Source of the DNA: Acidobacteriota bacterium
GTDB taxonomy: Bacteria; Acidobacteriota; Polarisedimenticolia; JACPZX01
DNA length: 64,000 bases
Direction of reading: 5' to 3'
NCBI GenBank assembly: GCA_016195325.1
Contig: JACPZX010000067.1
Span: 15,559-79,558, forward strand
Shown here: one piece after another, positions 20,056 to 29,534 of the stretch
Layout of the letters: the number at the start of each line of letters is the position of its first letter
Position numbering within the stretch: position 1 is the stretch's first letter
The notes under the pieces: generated by a model
Databases searched by the model: none
The model's input: the letters and a program-made list of their open reading frames with translations, nothing else
What the model was told of the DNA's origin: nothing
Made by a program: the position numbers and the translations under genes

Positions 20056-21176
20056 CGCGGCTCGTCCGCTTCCGCCGGGATCTGCAGGCCCTCGATCTTC
20101 GCGGTGGTCCTCAGGCGGGAAAGGACGGACGCGATCGCGTCGCCCCGCCTCTTGAGACGGAGTTTTTCGCGGGCGGCGTCCCTGACCTTGTCGTACGTCT
20201 CGAGGCGCCCACCTCGTTCCTCGTAGACCTTCACGACGTGGTAGCCGCTCTCGCTCTCGACGATGCCGGTCATCTCCCCGGGCTTGAGGGCGAAGACCGC
20301 GCGATCGAGAGCCTCCGGGAGCCCTCCCCGCCGGACCCAGCCCACCATCCCGCCGCCCGGGCCCGTCCGATCCTCGGAGATGTCGCGCGCGACCGACTCG
20401 AACGATCTCCCCTCGCGAATCCTGTCGTACCCCTGCGTCAGCTTGACCTGCGCCGCGAGACGCTCCTTCTGGGGCTTGCCGAGCGGCGCGTTCACGAAGA
20501 TCTGCCCGATGCGGAGCCAGCGATCCGGGGTGAAGAGCTCGGGATGGTGGTCGTAGAAGGCGCGCGTCTCGTCGTCCGAGACGGTGAACTTCGCCTCGAT
20601 CTCCGCCTTGACGTACCTTTCGAGCGCCAGGGTCTTGGCGTAGGCGTGCCTCACCTCGGCCTTCGAGAGGCCGCGGCTCCGCTGCGTCGCGAGATACTTC
20701 GACTCGGAGCCCGTGGCGTCGCACTTCTGCGCGTAGATGGCGTCGATCTCGGCGCCCTTGGGCTCGTACCCCGTCCGCACCGCCTCCTGGTAGAGGAGCT
20801 CCTCGTCGATGGCCTTGTCGAGCGCAATCTGGCGCGCCCCGACGTACTTCTCGACCGACTCGGGGTCGCCGTCGCGAACCTGATCCCGCAGCGCGGTGAG
20901 GATCTGATCGTAGGTCGACCGGTAGATCGTCTCGCCGTTGACCGTCGCGATCGGCGGGGTGAGGTGCTCGGCGGGGTCCTCCGCGGCCGGAACCGATTTC
21001 CCCGTCGTCGCGGGCTTCGTCCCGGGCGGCACCGCGGGGGCCGGCGCGGCCGCGGCGGCGTTCGAGTCGGCGGGAGCGGGGGCGACGGCTCCGGCGCCGG
21101 GGGCTCCCTGCCCGCAGGCGGCGAGAAGGAGCCACGCGGCGAGCGCGGGCGCGACGCGGACGGCGTGTCGAGTCAT
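20052..21176 (-). CDS. SurA/PrsA-like parvulin peptidyl-prolyl isomerase lipoprotein
   Basis: LAAC lipobox, ATVNGE, FESVARDISED, GGMVGW, SGYHVVKV. Confidence 0.88.
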   Translation of the reverse strand: MTRHAVRVAPALAAWLLLAACGQGAPGAGAVAPAPADSNAAAAAPAPAVPPGTKPATTGKSVPAAEDPAEHLTPPIATVNGETIYRSTYDQILTALRDQVRDGDPESVEKYVGARQIALDKAIDEELLYQEAVRTGYEPKGAEIDAIYAQKCDATGSESKYLATQRSRGLSKAEVRHAYAKTLALERYVKAEIEAKFTVSDDETRAFYDHHPELFTPDRWLRIGQIFVNAPLGKPQKERLAAQVKLTQGYDRIREGRSFESVARDISEDRTGPGGGMVGWVRRGGLPEALDRAVFALKPGEMTGIVESESGYHVVKVYEERGGRLETYDKVRDAAREKLRLKRRGDAIASVLSRLRTTAKIEGLQIPAEADEPR

Positions 21177-21241
21177 GGGCTGAGATCCCGGGCTTGCGTT
21201 CATCGGAAGGCCGCAGATCATAGGGACGGCGCCGGTTTCTT

Positions 21242-22897
21242 TCAAGGAACGGCCGGTTCGGAGGGCGCGAGCCGCTGGACGGCCTCTCTCGACTCGACCG
21301 ACCCTGGCTCCAGGATCAGGGCCGCCTCGAAATTCCTGAGGGCGCCGGCACGATCCCCCTGCTCCTCACGAAGCCGGCCGGCGAAAACGCGCAGGGGGGC
21401 GAACTCCGGAAAGACGGCCACGCCCCGATCGAGCTCCGATGCGGCCCTCCCTCCCTCCCCTCGCGCGGCGTACGCCCGCGACGCGATGACGTAGTCCTGC
21501 GGCCGGACCAGATCGAGATCGGGATAGTTCGTCGCCGTGTTGAGCGCGAGGAGGGCGAGGACGAGGGCGCCGGCCGCGACGAGGCGGCGGGGGCGCCCCG
21601 ACGCCGCGTCCGCCAGCAGCCGATCGATCCCCAGCCCCGCGAAGACCAGCATGAGCGGAACGTACGGGATGCGGAAGCGCGCGATCACGTAGAACGCCAC
21701 CGTCCCGGCGATCCCCGCCGCGAGGAAGAGGTAGTGCGGCATGAAGCGGCGCCAGGATCCGAAGGACACCACCAGGCCGAGAGCCGCCAGGGGCGAGACC
21801 GCGTAGAAGGTCGGGAGGCCGGCCCGGAGGAGGGGCGAGTTGATCCGGAAGTAGGCGTACGACGCGTTGTTCGGCATCTCGAAGGGGGCGAGGAAGTACG
21901 CGAGCTTTCGGAACTGCAGGGCGATCAGCTCGGAGTAGCGCCCGCGCCACGTCGAGAGGACCGTGCCCATCGTGCCGGCGAGCCCGCCACCGGTCCTCGA
22001 GAGCACCTCGCGGGCGTAGCCGGTGACGCGCGCGTCGTCGCCGTCGAACCAGCCGATGCCGATGTGGTACGGGTTGTTGCCGTTGATGAACTCGATCGGC
22101 CCGCGCGTCGTCGTCCGCAGCGCGGGGGCGCCCACGGCGACGTTCCGGGCGATGGCGGGGGCGAGGGCCAGCAGGAATCCGCACGCGAGCGCGCCGACCG
22201 CGGGCGCGGGGCGCTTCAACTCGCGCGAGAGGAAGATCCACGCGGCCAGGCACGGGAGGAAGATCAGCACGTTCGGCTTCGTCAGGTAGATCGCTCCCGC
22301 CAGCGCACCGGCGATCCCCCAGCGCGCCGGGCCCCCCGCGCGGCGCGCCGCCTCGACCGCGATCAGGAAGACGACGGTGAGCGTGACGAGGAGGGTGTCC
22401 CTGAGAAGGAGCGACTCGTAGTAGAGAAACGGGCCGTAGATCGCCGCGAGCCCCCCCGCCAGGAGCGCCGCCCGCTCCGGGGCGAGGCGGCGCGCGAGCA
22501 GGTACACGCCGGCGGCGGTCACGGCCCCGAGAAGGAACTGGAGCAGGACGACGGAGAGGGGCTCGCGCGGCGCCAGCGCGTAGACGAGCGCCACGAAGTA
22601 GGGATAGAGGGGATCCTGGTGGAAGACCTTCGGACCGTACCAGCCGAGCCACGTCGCCTCCGGCGCGATCGCGCGCTGCCACGGGTGATACGGATGGAAG
22701 TCTTGGCGGCCGAGCCAGTCGCCGTCGACGATCCGCAGCGCCCAGCGGTGGAACGTGTCCATGTCGGAGATCGGATCGGCGTTGATCGCCAGGCACCCGG
22801 TGTCGGCGATGGCCGCCCCATACCCGAGGCGCACGACGATCGCCAGAGTGAAGACGAGGAGCGCCCGCGCGCGCGGGGAGGCGAGAGTCGAGGCCAA
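21242..22897 (-). CDS. GT39/ArnT-like membrane glycosyltransferase with C-terminal TPR
   Basis: SDMDTFHRWA, HQDPLYPYF, NFING-like EFINGNNP, ARFRIP, terminal TPR; TTG start. Confidence 0.75.
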   Translation of the reverse strand: MASTLASPRARALLVFTLAIVVRLGYGAAIADTGCLAINADPISDMDTFHRWALRIVDGDWLGRQDFHPYHPWQRAIAPEATWLGWYGPKVFHQDPLYPYFVALVYALAPREPLSVVLLQFLLGAVTAAGVYLLARRLAPERAALLAGGLAAIYGPFLYYESLLLRDTLLVTLTVVFLIAVEAARRAGGPARWGIAGALAGAIYLTKPNVLIFLPCLAAWIFLSRELKRPAPAVGALACGFLLALAPAIARNVAVGAPALRTTTRGPIEFINGNNPYHIGIGWFDGDDARVTGYAREVLSRTGGGLAGTMGTVLSTWRGRYSELIALQFRKLAYFLAPFEMPNNASYAYFRINSPLLRAGLPTFYAVSPLAALGLVVSFGSWRRFMPHYLFLAAGIAGTVAFYVIARFRIPYVPLMLVFAGLGIDRLLADAASGRPRRLVAAGALVLALLALNTATNYPDLDLVRPQDYVIASRAYAARGEGGRAASELDRGVAVFPEFAPLRVFAGRLREEQGDRAGALRNFEAALILEPGSVESREAVQRLAPSEPAVP

Positions 22898-22908
22898 CGC
22901 GGAGGGCC

Positions 22909-23847
22909 TCAGGGCCCCTTGATCTCGATGTGGCGGATGGAGATCGCCTTGCGCGGGCGGAAGGTGGCGGCGCCGCCGACGCCGTCGACCTCGAGGGCGC
23001 TCAGGGCGTCGAGCACCTCCTGGCCGGCGCGGACGTACGCGAAGAAGGTGTGAAGCCCCTTGTACGCCGGCTGGACGTCGAGGAGGATGAAGAACATCGT
23101 CGCGCTCGTCAGCGTGGTCTCGCGGCGCACCGCCCCGACCAGCCCCCGCCCCGGCCGGATCGACTCGTCGATTTCGGGGGCGAGCTGGTTCTGCCACCCG
23201 CCGTTCCCCGTCCCGGTCGCATCGCCGGTGTCGGCCTCGACGCCGGGCATCACGCGGTAGAACGGCAGCCCGTCGTAGAAACCGCCGCGCGCCAGGTCCA
23301 CGAAGTTCCTGACGTGAACGGGCGCCTGCTCCGGCATGAGGACCATCTCGAGCGTCCCGAGATCGGTCGTCACGACGGCGATCCGATCCCGCTCCCTGTC
23401 GTACGGTGGGGCGATGAAGAAGTCGTAGTGCGACGTCTCCCACTCGCCGCACGTCCAGGCGATGCGAAACCTTCCCGCTTTCCGGATCTTCGCCCGCCGG
23501 CTGACCTCGAGATCGAAACGGCGCTCGGTCCGCGGGGGGAGCATCAGGGCCTTCCCGTCGCCGATCGCTCCCGAGTAGCGCACGGCCTTTCCCTCGCCGA
23601 CCGGGAGGATCGACACGGCGCTCCCCTCGAAGCACGCCTCGGGGACCGTCACCGCGACGTTCGAGGGGTTCTTCAGCGTGAGCTGCATCACGATCCCCTC
23701 GTCGAGATCGTAGGTGAGGCGCGCCACGAGGATCGTCGGCTCGACGCGCGCGATCGCCCCGACGTCCACCGCGCCCTGATCCGCCGCGGCCGGGACCGCC
23801 GCGAGCAGGGCCGCGCACGCCGCGACGGCCGCAAGAGCGCGCGTCAC
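22909..23847 (-). CDS. Exported cyclophilin-type PPIase with extra N-terminal beta domain
   Basis: APVHVRNFVDLARGGFYDGLPFYRV, TGDATGTGNGG, FFIL; GTGA overlap. Confidence 0.85.
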   Translation of the reverse strand: MTRALAAVAACAALLAAVPAAADQGAVDVGAIARVEPTILVARLTYDLDEGIVMQLTLKNPSNVAVTVPEACFEGSAVSILPVGEGKAVRYSGAIGDGKALMLPPRTERRFDLEVSRRAKIRKAGRFRIAWTCGEWETSHYDFFIAPPYDRERDRIAVVTTDLGTLEMVLMPEQAPVHVRNFVDLARGGFYDGLPFYRVMPGVEADTGDATGTGNGGWQNQLAPEIDESIRPGRGLVGAVRRETTLTSATMFFILLDVQPAYKGLHTFFAYVRAGQEVLDALSALEVDGVGGAATFRPRKAISIRHIEIKGP

Positions 23848-25253
23848 CGGGATCCCCCCGGCTTCGGGGCCGCCGCCGGGGCGGCGGGCTTCGCGCCGGC
23901 CGCCGACGCCGCCTCGGGGGGCGGCGCCCGCAGGGCCGACACGCTCCCCACGAGGTTTCCCGCGAGGGATCCGTCGAGCTGGTAGATCGCCGCCGTCGCG
24001 CTCGAAGCGACGAGGACCTTGCCGGGGGCGATCGCGCCGACCGTCAGCTCGACCGGCGCGGCGACATCCTTCGCCTTGAGCTTCAGCGTCAGCGCGGGCG
24101 TCCCCACGGTCCGGCCGGACGCGTCCGGAGGATCGATGAAGCCTCCGGCGCGGGCCGCGTCGAGCGCGGTCAGGAAATCGTCGACCGCCTTCGAAGGGAC
24201 CGCGGGCCCCGCGGCCCCTCCCGAGTGCCACACGGCCTCGCCGTCCTTCACGAGAGCCGTCTGCCCTTCGGGGGTCGTCGCCCGGATTTCGGTGAGCTGG
24301 TACCGATCGACCGGGGCGATCCTCACGTCGCGATAGTCCGCGACGACGACCGACAGCTTGTCCACCGTCTCGCCCTTCACCCTGAAGACCTCGGGGAGAT
24401 CGGCCCGCTTCGCGCGCACGAGCCCGTTGGGATCCTTCGCCGAGAAGGCGACCTCGATCGCCTTCCCGTCCCGATCCGTCAGGCTCAGCGTCGTCCCGGG
24501 GTGCGCGAGCCCCGCGGCCTCGGCCGTGGTCCCCTCGGGCTCGAACCCCTCCGCGGCGATCGCGGAGGCGTCGAAGAGAAGGTTGCTGACCTTGGCCCGA
24601 TCCGCCGGAAACGCGATCGGCGACTCGAGGCGCCACTCCTCGCCCGTCTTCGCGAAGGCCACGGTCGCGCCGCCGCGGGAGATCTTGAAGCGCGCGATCT
24701 TCCACGAATCGATCCCGACGACCTTCTTGTACCTGAGCTTGTCCGGCGTCGCCTGGAGAAGCCTGTCGATGGACGTGGACGTCGTGACGACGTCGCCCGA
24801 CTCGCCGCGGCGGGCGTAATACGCGGATCCGACCGCCGCCTTGTCGCCCACCAGGAGCGTGACGTCGGGCCGACCGTCCACCCTCTTCACCACGATCTTC
24901 AGCGCGGGCGGCGCGAGCTTGTAGGCGCCGAGGTCGTCCGCCGAGGCCTTGAGGGTCCGGTCGGTCTCGAGCCACGAGAGCGTCGACAGCAGCCCCTGGA
25001 CCTCCTCCTCGTCGGCGCGCGCCAGGACCGGCGACGTCAGGCGCCACCCGCCCGCCTCCTTCGCGATGCGGATCGCGCCGTCCTGCCGGACGAGCTCCAG
25101 ACCCGCCACGCCGTTGGGATCGAACTCGAGGAGCTTCTTCTTCGCCGCCTCCTCCTTCTGGCGCCCCTCCTCCCCGCGGTACTCGTAGAAGTAGATCCAC
25201 GAGGCGAGCGCCGCCAGGACGGCGGCGGCGAGGAACGTGTTCCGGAACCTCAC
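23844..25253 (-). CDS. DUF4340 domain protein
   Basis: N-terminal TM, repeated W.L.SP...AD and LAPP/LAHP units; follows GldG-like gene. Confidence 0.8.
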   Translation of the reverse strand: MRFRNTFLAAAVLAALASWIYFYEYRGEEGRQKEEAAKKKLLEFDPNGVAGLELVRQDGAIRIAKEAGGWRLTSPVLARADEEEVQGLLSTLSWLETDRTLKASADDLGAYKLAPPALKIVVKRVDGRPDVTLLVGDKAAVGSAYYARRGESGDVVTTSTSIDRLLQATPDKLRYKKVVGIDSWKIARFKISRGGATVAFAKTGEEWRLESPIAFPADRAKVSNLLFDASAIAAEGFEPEGTTAEAAGLAHPGTTLSLTDRDGKAIEVAFSAKDPNGLVRAKRADLPEVFRVKGETVDKLSVVVADYRDVRIAPVDRYQLTEIRATTPEGQTALVKDGEAVWHSGGAAGPAVPSKAVDDFLTALDAARAGGFIDPPDASGRTVGTPALTLKLKAKDVAAPVELTVGAIAPGKVLVASSATAAIYQLDGSLAGNLVGSVSALRAPPPEAASAAGAKPAAPAAAPKPGGSR

Positions 25254-26824
25254 AGCTTCTTCCTCCGCTGCCAGATCACGACCCCGCAGATCACGACGAG
25301 GAGCGGCGAGACGTAGGTCATGAGGGACAGGAGGTTCTGGCGCGACGCGGTCAGCGTGATCGGCTGGGGGCTCTTCTCCTTGGAGCGGATCGAGATCAGA
25401 TCCGACTCCTCGGTCAGCCACGCCACCGAGTTCAGGAAGAGGTCCTTGTTGGCGGACAGGTGCAGGTACGTGTTCGACGCGAAGTCGCTGTCGCCGATGA
25501 CGACGAGCCGCTTTTCCTTCCCGGGGGGCGCGGGCGGCGCGGCGTTCGGATCGGCGGGGGCGTTCGGATCCTTCGCCTCCGCCCCGGCGGTCTTGCCGGA
25601 CGCGACGGCGACGAGGCCGGCGGGGCCCGGGTGATCGACCTTCGGGTCGAACTCGATCCGGTCCCCCGTCTCGCCCCACGCGTCGGCTCCGGTCCTCGCG
25701 ATGATCTGCGAGGTGATCCCCGGTTCGGTGGGCTGCGTCTTCTCGATCGAAGAGGCGACCGGGAAGATGCTCACCACGCGGCTGTCGCGCAGCTCCTTCG
25801 TGACCGGGTGGTCGTCGTAGTCGGCGGCGATCGGCACGGTCTCGTCGCCCACGATCGCCCGCGAGAGCCGGTCCACGACGACATCGCTGTTCTGCTTGAG
25901 GCCGTACTTCTCGAGAAGGGGCGCGAGCCCCGTCTCCTTCGACGGGTCGCGCTTGAGGGCGAAGACGCGCCCCCCGGCGTCGAGGTACTTCGTGATCGAG
26001 TCGACCTCGGGGGGAAGCAGCGCCGTCGTCGGCCCCGCCACGACCACCGCGCTGCATTCGGCGGGGACGGCCGGGGTCTGGAGGAGCAGGACATCCTTGA
26101 GGTCGTAGTTCTCCTTGCGGAGCGCGTCGGCGACGAGCGAGTAGCCTCCCTGCTTGGCGTCGGCTGTTGCGTCCTCCCCGTGCCCGGTCGTGAAGCAGAT
26201 CTGCTTCTTGTCCTTCCGGCTCGACTTGATGATCGCGTTGGTCAGATCTTCCTCGGAGACGTTGGTCGTGCGCGCCTCGCCGGTGTCGGCGAGGACGACG
26301 AGCGTCCCGTCCTGCGAGATCTGGTACTTCCTCGCCTCCGACGGGGACTTGATCGGGTCGACCATCCGGACCTTGAGGTGGTCCGTCTGGTACTTGTACT
26401 CGTCGGCCAGGTCCTCGAGCTTGCGCCGCTGCTCGTTGGTCTCGGTGAAGAAGGCGACCAGCTCCACGTCCTTCTGGAGCGACTTGAGGATCTTCACGGT
26501 CTGCGGCGAGAGGGTGTGCGCCCCTTCCGCCGTCAGATCGAACCTCTTGTGGTGCTGCGCCGCGAGAAAGTTGACCGCGCCGACGATGAGCAGGACGACG
26601 AGCGAGTAGAAGGCGGCGTTCGCGCCGTAGCGGACGGCGCGCCCCTTCAGGATGTTGGCGAGGTCCTCGAGGTTCAGCGCGACCGCGGTGATGGCCAGCA
26701 CGCCGCCGACCGCCATGAGCACGAAGCCCGCGAGCCGCTGCTCGGGGGCGAAGGTGGTGAACCCGCCCCCGGCCAGGAGCAGGACCACGCCCAGCGGGCC
26801 GGAGAAGGCCTTGAGTGAATTCAC
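25250..26824 (-). CDS. GldG-like ABC transporter auxiliary protein
   Basis: RFDLT..HTLSPQT, FTTGHGE, VVAGP, VIGDSDF, NKDLFLNSVAWL, C-terminal TM. Confidence 0.9.
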   Translation of the reverse strand: MNSLKAFSGPLGVVLLLAGGGFTTFAPEQRLAGFVLMAVGGVLAITAVALNLEDLANILKGRAVRYGANAAFYSLVVLLIVGAVNFLAAQHHKRFDLTAEGAHTLSPQTVKILKSLQKDVELVAFFTETNEQRRKLEDLADEYKYQTDHLKVRMVDPIKSPSEARKYQISQDGTLVVLADTGEARTTNVSEEDLTNAIIKSSRKDKKQICFTTGHGEDATADAKQGGYSLVADALRKENYDLKDVLLLQTPAVPAECSAVVVAGPTTALLPPEVDSITKYLDAGGRVFALKRDPSKETGLAPLLEKYGLKQNSDVVVDRLSRAIVGDETVPIAADYDDHPVTKELRDSRVVSIFPVASSIEKTQPTEPGITSQIIARTGADAWGETGDRIEFDPKVDHPGPAGLVAVASGKTAGAEAKDPNAPADPNAAPPAPPGKEKRLVVIGDSDFASNTYLHLSANKDLFLNSVAWLTEESDLISIRSKEKSPQPITLTASRQNLLSLMTYVSPLLVVICGVVIWQRRKKL

Positions 26825-26830
26825 GGCTCT

Positions 26831-27601
26831 CTACCTCCACCTGCGGGATTCGACGGCCCGCTGCGTCAGGAACAGGTTGAATGCGATGAAGGAGAGGAAG
26901 AAGACGACGTTCTTCGTGTCGACGACCCCCTTGGAGAACTCCTCCGTGTTCTCCGTGAGCGAGATCGCCTTGAACAGGGTCTCCACCTTCCCTCCCGCCA
27001 TCTGCCCGGCGAAGCCGATCACCCAGAGCACGAGGAGAAGGACGAAGCAGGTCACCGCCGCGACGATCTGGTTCTCGGTGAGCGACGACATGAAGAGCCC
27101 GACCGAGAGGAACGCCCCGGCGAGAAGGCATGCGCCCCCGAACGCCGACAGGAACGACCCCAGCGGCGGAGCCGAGCCCGAGATCCAGAGGAAGAGCGGG
27201 TACTGGACCGTCAGGAGCATGATGACGATCAGGAACGACAGCGCCCCGAGGAACTTCCCGAGCACCAGCTCCGACGTCTTCACGGGCGCGGTGAGGAGGA
27301 GCTCCGCGGTCCCCTGCTTCTTCTCCTCCGCGAGGAGCCGCATCGACACGAGCGGCACGATGAAGAGGAGGATGACGTGGAAGTTCGAGTACAGCGGCCG
27401 GATGAGCGCGTCGTGGAGGTTGAGCTGCTCCGCCATGTAGGGGTTCATCCCCGCCTGGAGGGTGTACTGCGAGTACGAGCGCACGAAGAGATCGAAGAAG
27501 AGCCCGGTCACGGCGAGGAAGAAGCCGATGACGACGTAGGCGAGCGGTGAGACGAAGTACGCGTACAGCTCGCGCCGCGCGATGGCGAAGGTGGTCCTCA
27601 C
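26831..27601 (-). CDS. ABC-2 permease, GldF-like
   Basis: IARRELYAYFVSPLAY, MRLLAEEKKQGTAELLLTAP, SSLTENQIVAA. Confidence 0.92.
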   Translation of the reverse strand: MRTTFAIARRELYAYFVSPLAYVVIGFFLAVTGLFFDLFVRSYSQYTLQAGMNPYMAEQLNLHDALIRPLYSNFHVILLFIVPLVSMRLLAEEKKQGTAELLLTAPVKTSELVLGKFLGALSFLIVIMLLTVQYPLFLWISGSAPPLGSFLSAFGGACLLAGAFLSVGLFMSSLTENQIVAAVTCFVLLLVLWVIGFAGQMAGGKVETLFKAISLTENTEEFSKGVVDTKNVVFFLSFIAFNLFLTQRAVESRRWR

Positions 27602-28620
27602 AGGGCACCTCCCTGAGCCGCCGCCAGCGTCTCCCCGGGTGTCCCGACCGGCGCGGCCGGTCGCCCGTTCGAGGGCTCGCCTCTCTCCGCGGCCGGCGCG
27701 ATCCGCCGCGTCGCCTCGAGGTAGATCTCCTCGAGCGTCCGCGTCACCTGCGTCATCTCGACCAGCCCCCAGCCGCCGCGGACCGTCGCGCGCGCGATCT
27801 CCTCGCGCACCGCGTCGCCGGCCCGCGCCTCGACGAGGTAGCCGCCCGGGTCGCCGAGAGGCGCCACCGACGCGACCCCCTCGATCTGGCGGAGCGCCGC
27901 CGACACAGTCTCGCCGTCGCGCGCGACGCGGACGCGGAGCCTCTCGGCCCCGGACCCCGCCCCGGCGAGCCCCTCGAGGCTCCCCTCCTGCACGATCTCA
28001 CCGTAAGAGATGATGGCGACGCGCGAGCAGGTGACCGTGACCTCCGGGAGGATGTGCGTCGAGAGGATGATGGTCCGCTCGCCGCCGAGCGACTTGATGA
28101 GGTTCCGGATCTCGATGATCTGCTCCGGGTCGAGGCCGACCGTCGGCTCGTCGAGGATCAGCACCGGGGGATCGTGGAGGATCGCCTGCGCGAGGCCGAC
28201 GCGCTGCCGGAATCCTTTCGACAGGTTTCCGATCACGCGTGAGGCGACGTGGGCGAGGCCGCACCGCTCGATCGCGCCCGAGACTTTCTGCCGGACCTGC
28301 GACGAGGGGACCTTTCGAATCCTCGCGACGAACTCGAGGTAGGCCCTGACGGACATCTCGGGATACACCGGGGGGTTCTCGGGAAGGTAGCCGATGCGCC
28401 GCTTCACCTCCATCGGGCTCTCAAAGACATCGAATCCGCCGATCGTCGCCGACCCCTCGTCGGGAGGCATGTAGCACGTCAGGATGCGCATCGTGGTGGT
28501 CTTGCCCGCGCCGTTGGGCCCGAGGAAGCCGAGGATCTCTCCCTTCCCGACGTTGAAAGTGACCTTCCTGATGGCGGGCCGCCCGCCGAACGACTTGGTC
28601 AATCCATGCACTTCAATCAC
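27598..28620 (-). CDS. ABC ATPase, GldA-like
   Basis: GPNGAGKTT, LSKGFRQR, ILDEPT, STH. Confidence 0.95.
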   Translation of the reverse strand: MIEVHGLTKSFGGRPAIRKVTFNVGKGEILGFLGPNGAGKTTTMRILTCYMPPDEGSATIGGFDVFESPMEVKRRIGYLPENPPVYPEMSVRAYLEFVARIRKVPSSQVRQKVSGAIERCGLAHVASRVIGNLSKGFRQRVGLAQAILHDPPVLILDEPTVGLDPEQIIEIRNLIKSLGGERTIILSTHILPEVTVTCSRVAIISYGEIVQEGSLEGLAGAGSGAERLRVRVARDGETVSAALRQIEGVASVAPLGDPGGYLVEARAGDAVREEIARATVRGGWGLVEMTQVTRTLEEIYLEATRRIAPAAERGEPSNGRPAAPVGTPGETLAAAQGGAL

Positions 28621-28729
28621 GGAATGACTCCCTCCATGAACCTGGCTCCTTCGTCATCTTGTGCTCTTCGAATGGGGATTTGGTTGCGACGATAAACCCT
28701 GTTATTGCATGGGATTACAACGGGCCGAA

Positions 28730-28759
28730 ACTATAGCGGAGAGATCTTCGGGATGTCAA
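28730..28759 (-). promoter_or_regulatory. Sigma70 promoter of the ABC/PPIase operon
   Basis: TTGACA-N18-TATAGT. Confidence 0.65.
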
Positions 28760-28772
28760 GGAGGGATCGCGG

Positions 28773-29026
28773 CGCGGTGCTGGCCCATGTCGCCGCGGAG
28801 GAGACGGCCTGCGCGCGTGAGGTAATCGCGCTCGGCCTCGGCTTTGCTCGGCCACCCACTCCGGCGGCGCCGGAGCGTTTGATGACAGGAGGCGCCAAGC
28901 GCCTGCGCGGGTACCCTTCGGCCGCAGACCGCAGCGGCCGAATCTCGCGGGCAGCCGCTCGCCGGCTCGCGGCGCTCGTGGCCTCGTCCCAGACGCTCCT
29001 CCGTGGCGACATGGGCCAACACCGCG
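28773..29026. repeat. 254-bp intergenic element with 31-bp terminal inverted repeats (MITE/REP-like or structured RNA)
   Basis: 28773-28803 CGCGGTGCTGGCCCATGTCGCCGCGGAGGAG vs reverse complement of 28996-29026, 29/31 identical; several internal hairpins. Confidence 0.7.
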
Positions 29027-29040
29027 GCCTCGTTGTTGGT

Positions 29041-29433
29041 TCAGGTGCGTGCGCGCACGGGTCGGGGATCGACGACGCTGTCGATCGAGGCGCCGGCGAC
29101 GCGGGCCGTCGGCGGCGACCGATGGAGCCCCGGGCGCAGGGAGAAGGCGAGGGCGTCGATCGACTCGGGGGCGAGCCACTCGTTGAGGCGACTCAAGATG
29201 ACGGCGCGGAGGTGCTCGAGCTCGCGGAGCCAGACGGCGCTGCCCACGTCGACGATCAGGCACCCGCGCGCGAGCTTCGACGGGCGCGAAACCGCCCCGA
29301 GCGTCGGGCCGACGGCCCGGGACCACGCGCCGACGATCGCCAATCGGCGCATCGGTCCACCCGCTCGGGCGGTGCCGGCGAGTCGGCCGACTTCCTCGAG
29401 ACTGAGGAAGTCATGGGCCTTCCTCCTCCCCAC
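29041..29433 (-). CDS. DciA/DUF721 family protein
   Basis: AWSRAVGP..AVSRP...LIVDVGSAVWLRELE..ILSRLNE. Confidence 0.75.
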   Translation of the reverse strand: MGRRKAHDFLSLEEVGRLAGTARAGGPMRRLAIVGAWSRAVGPTLGAVSRPSKLARGCLIVDVGSAVWLRELEHLRAVILSRLNEWLAPESIDALAFSLRPGLHRSPPTARVAGASIDSVVDPRPVRART

Positions 29434-29534
29434 GCTCCACCCCTGTTCTGAATTGTATTGAAGGCGCGCATCCTACCGGATTCGCGAGGAGGGGGTCAAG
29501 AGAGCGAAGTGGGCCGCAGCGCGCCGACCCCTAG

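Noticed and set aside
25250..28620. Bacteroidetes-type gliding motility
   Set aside because: GldA/F/G-like cassettes are widespread outside gliders; no gldK-N or spr genes here
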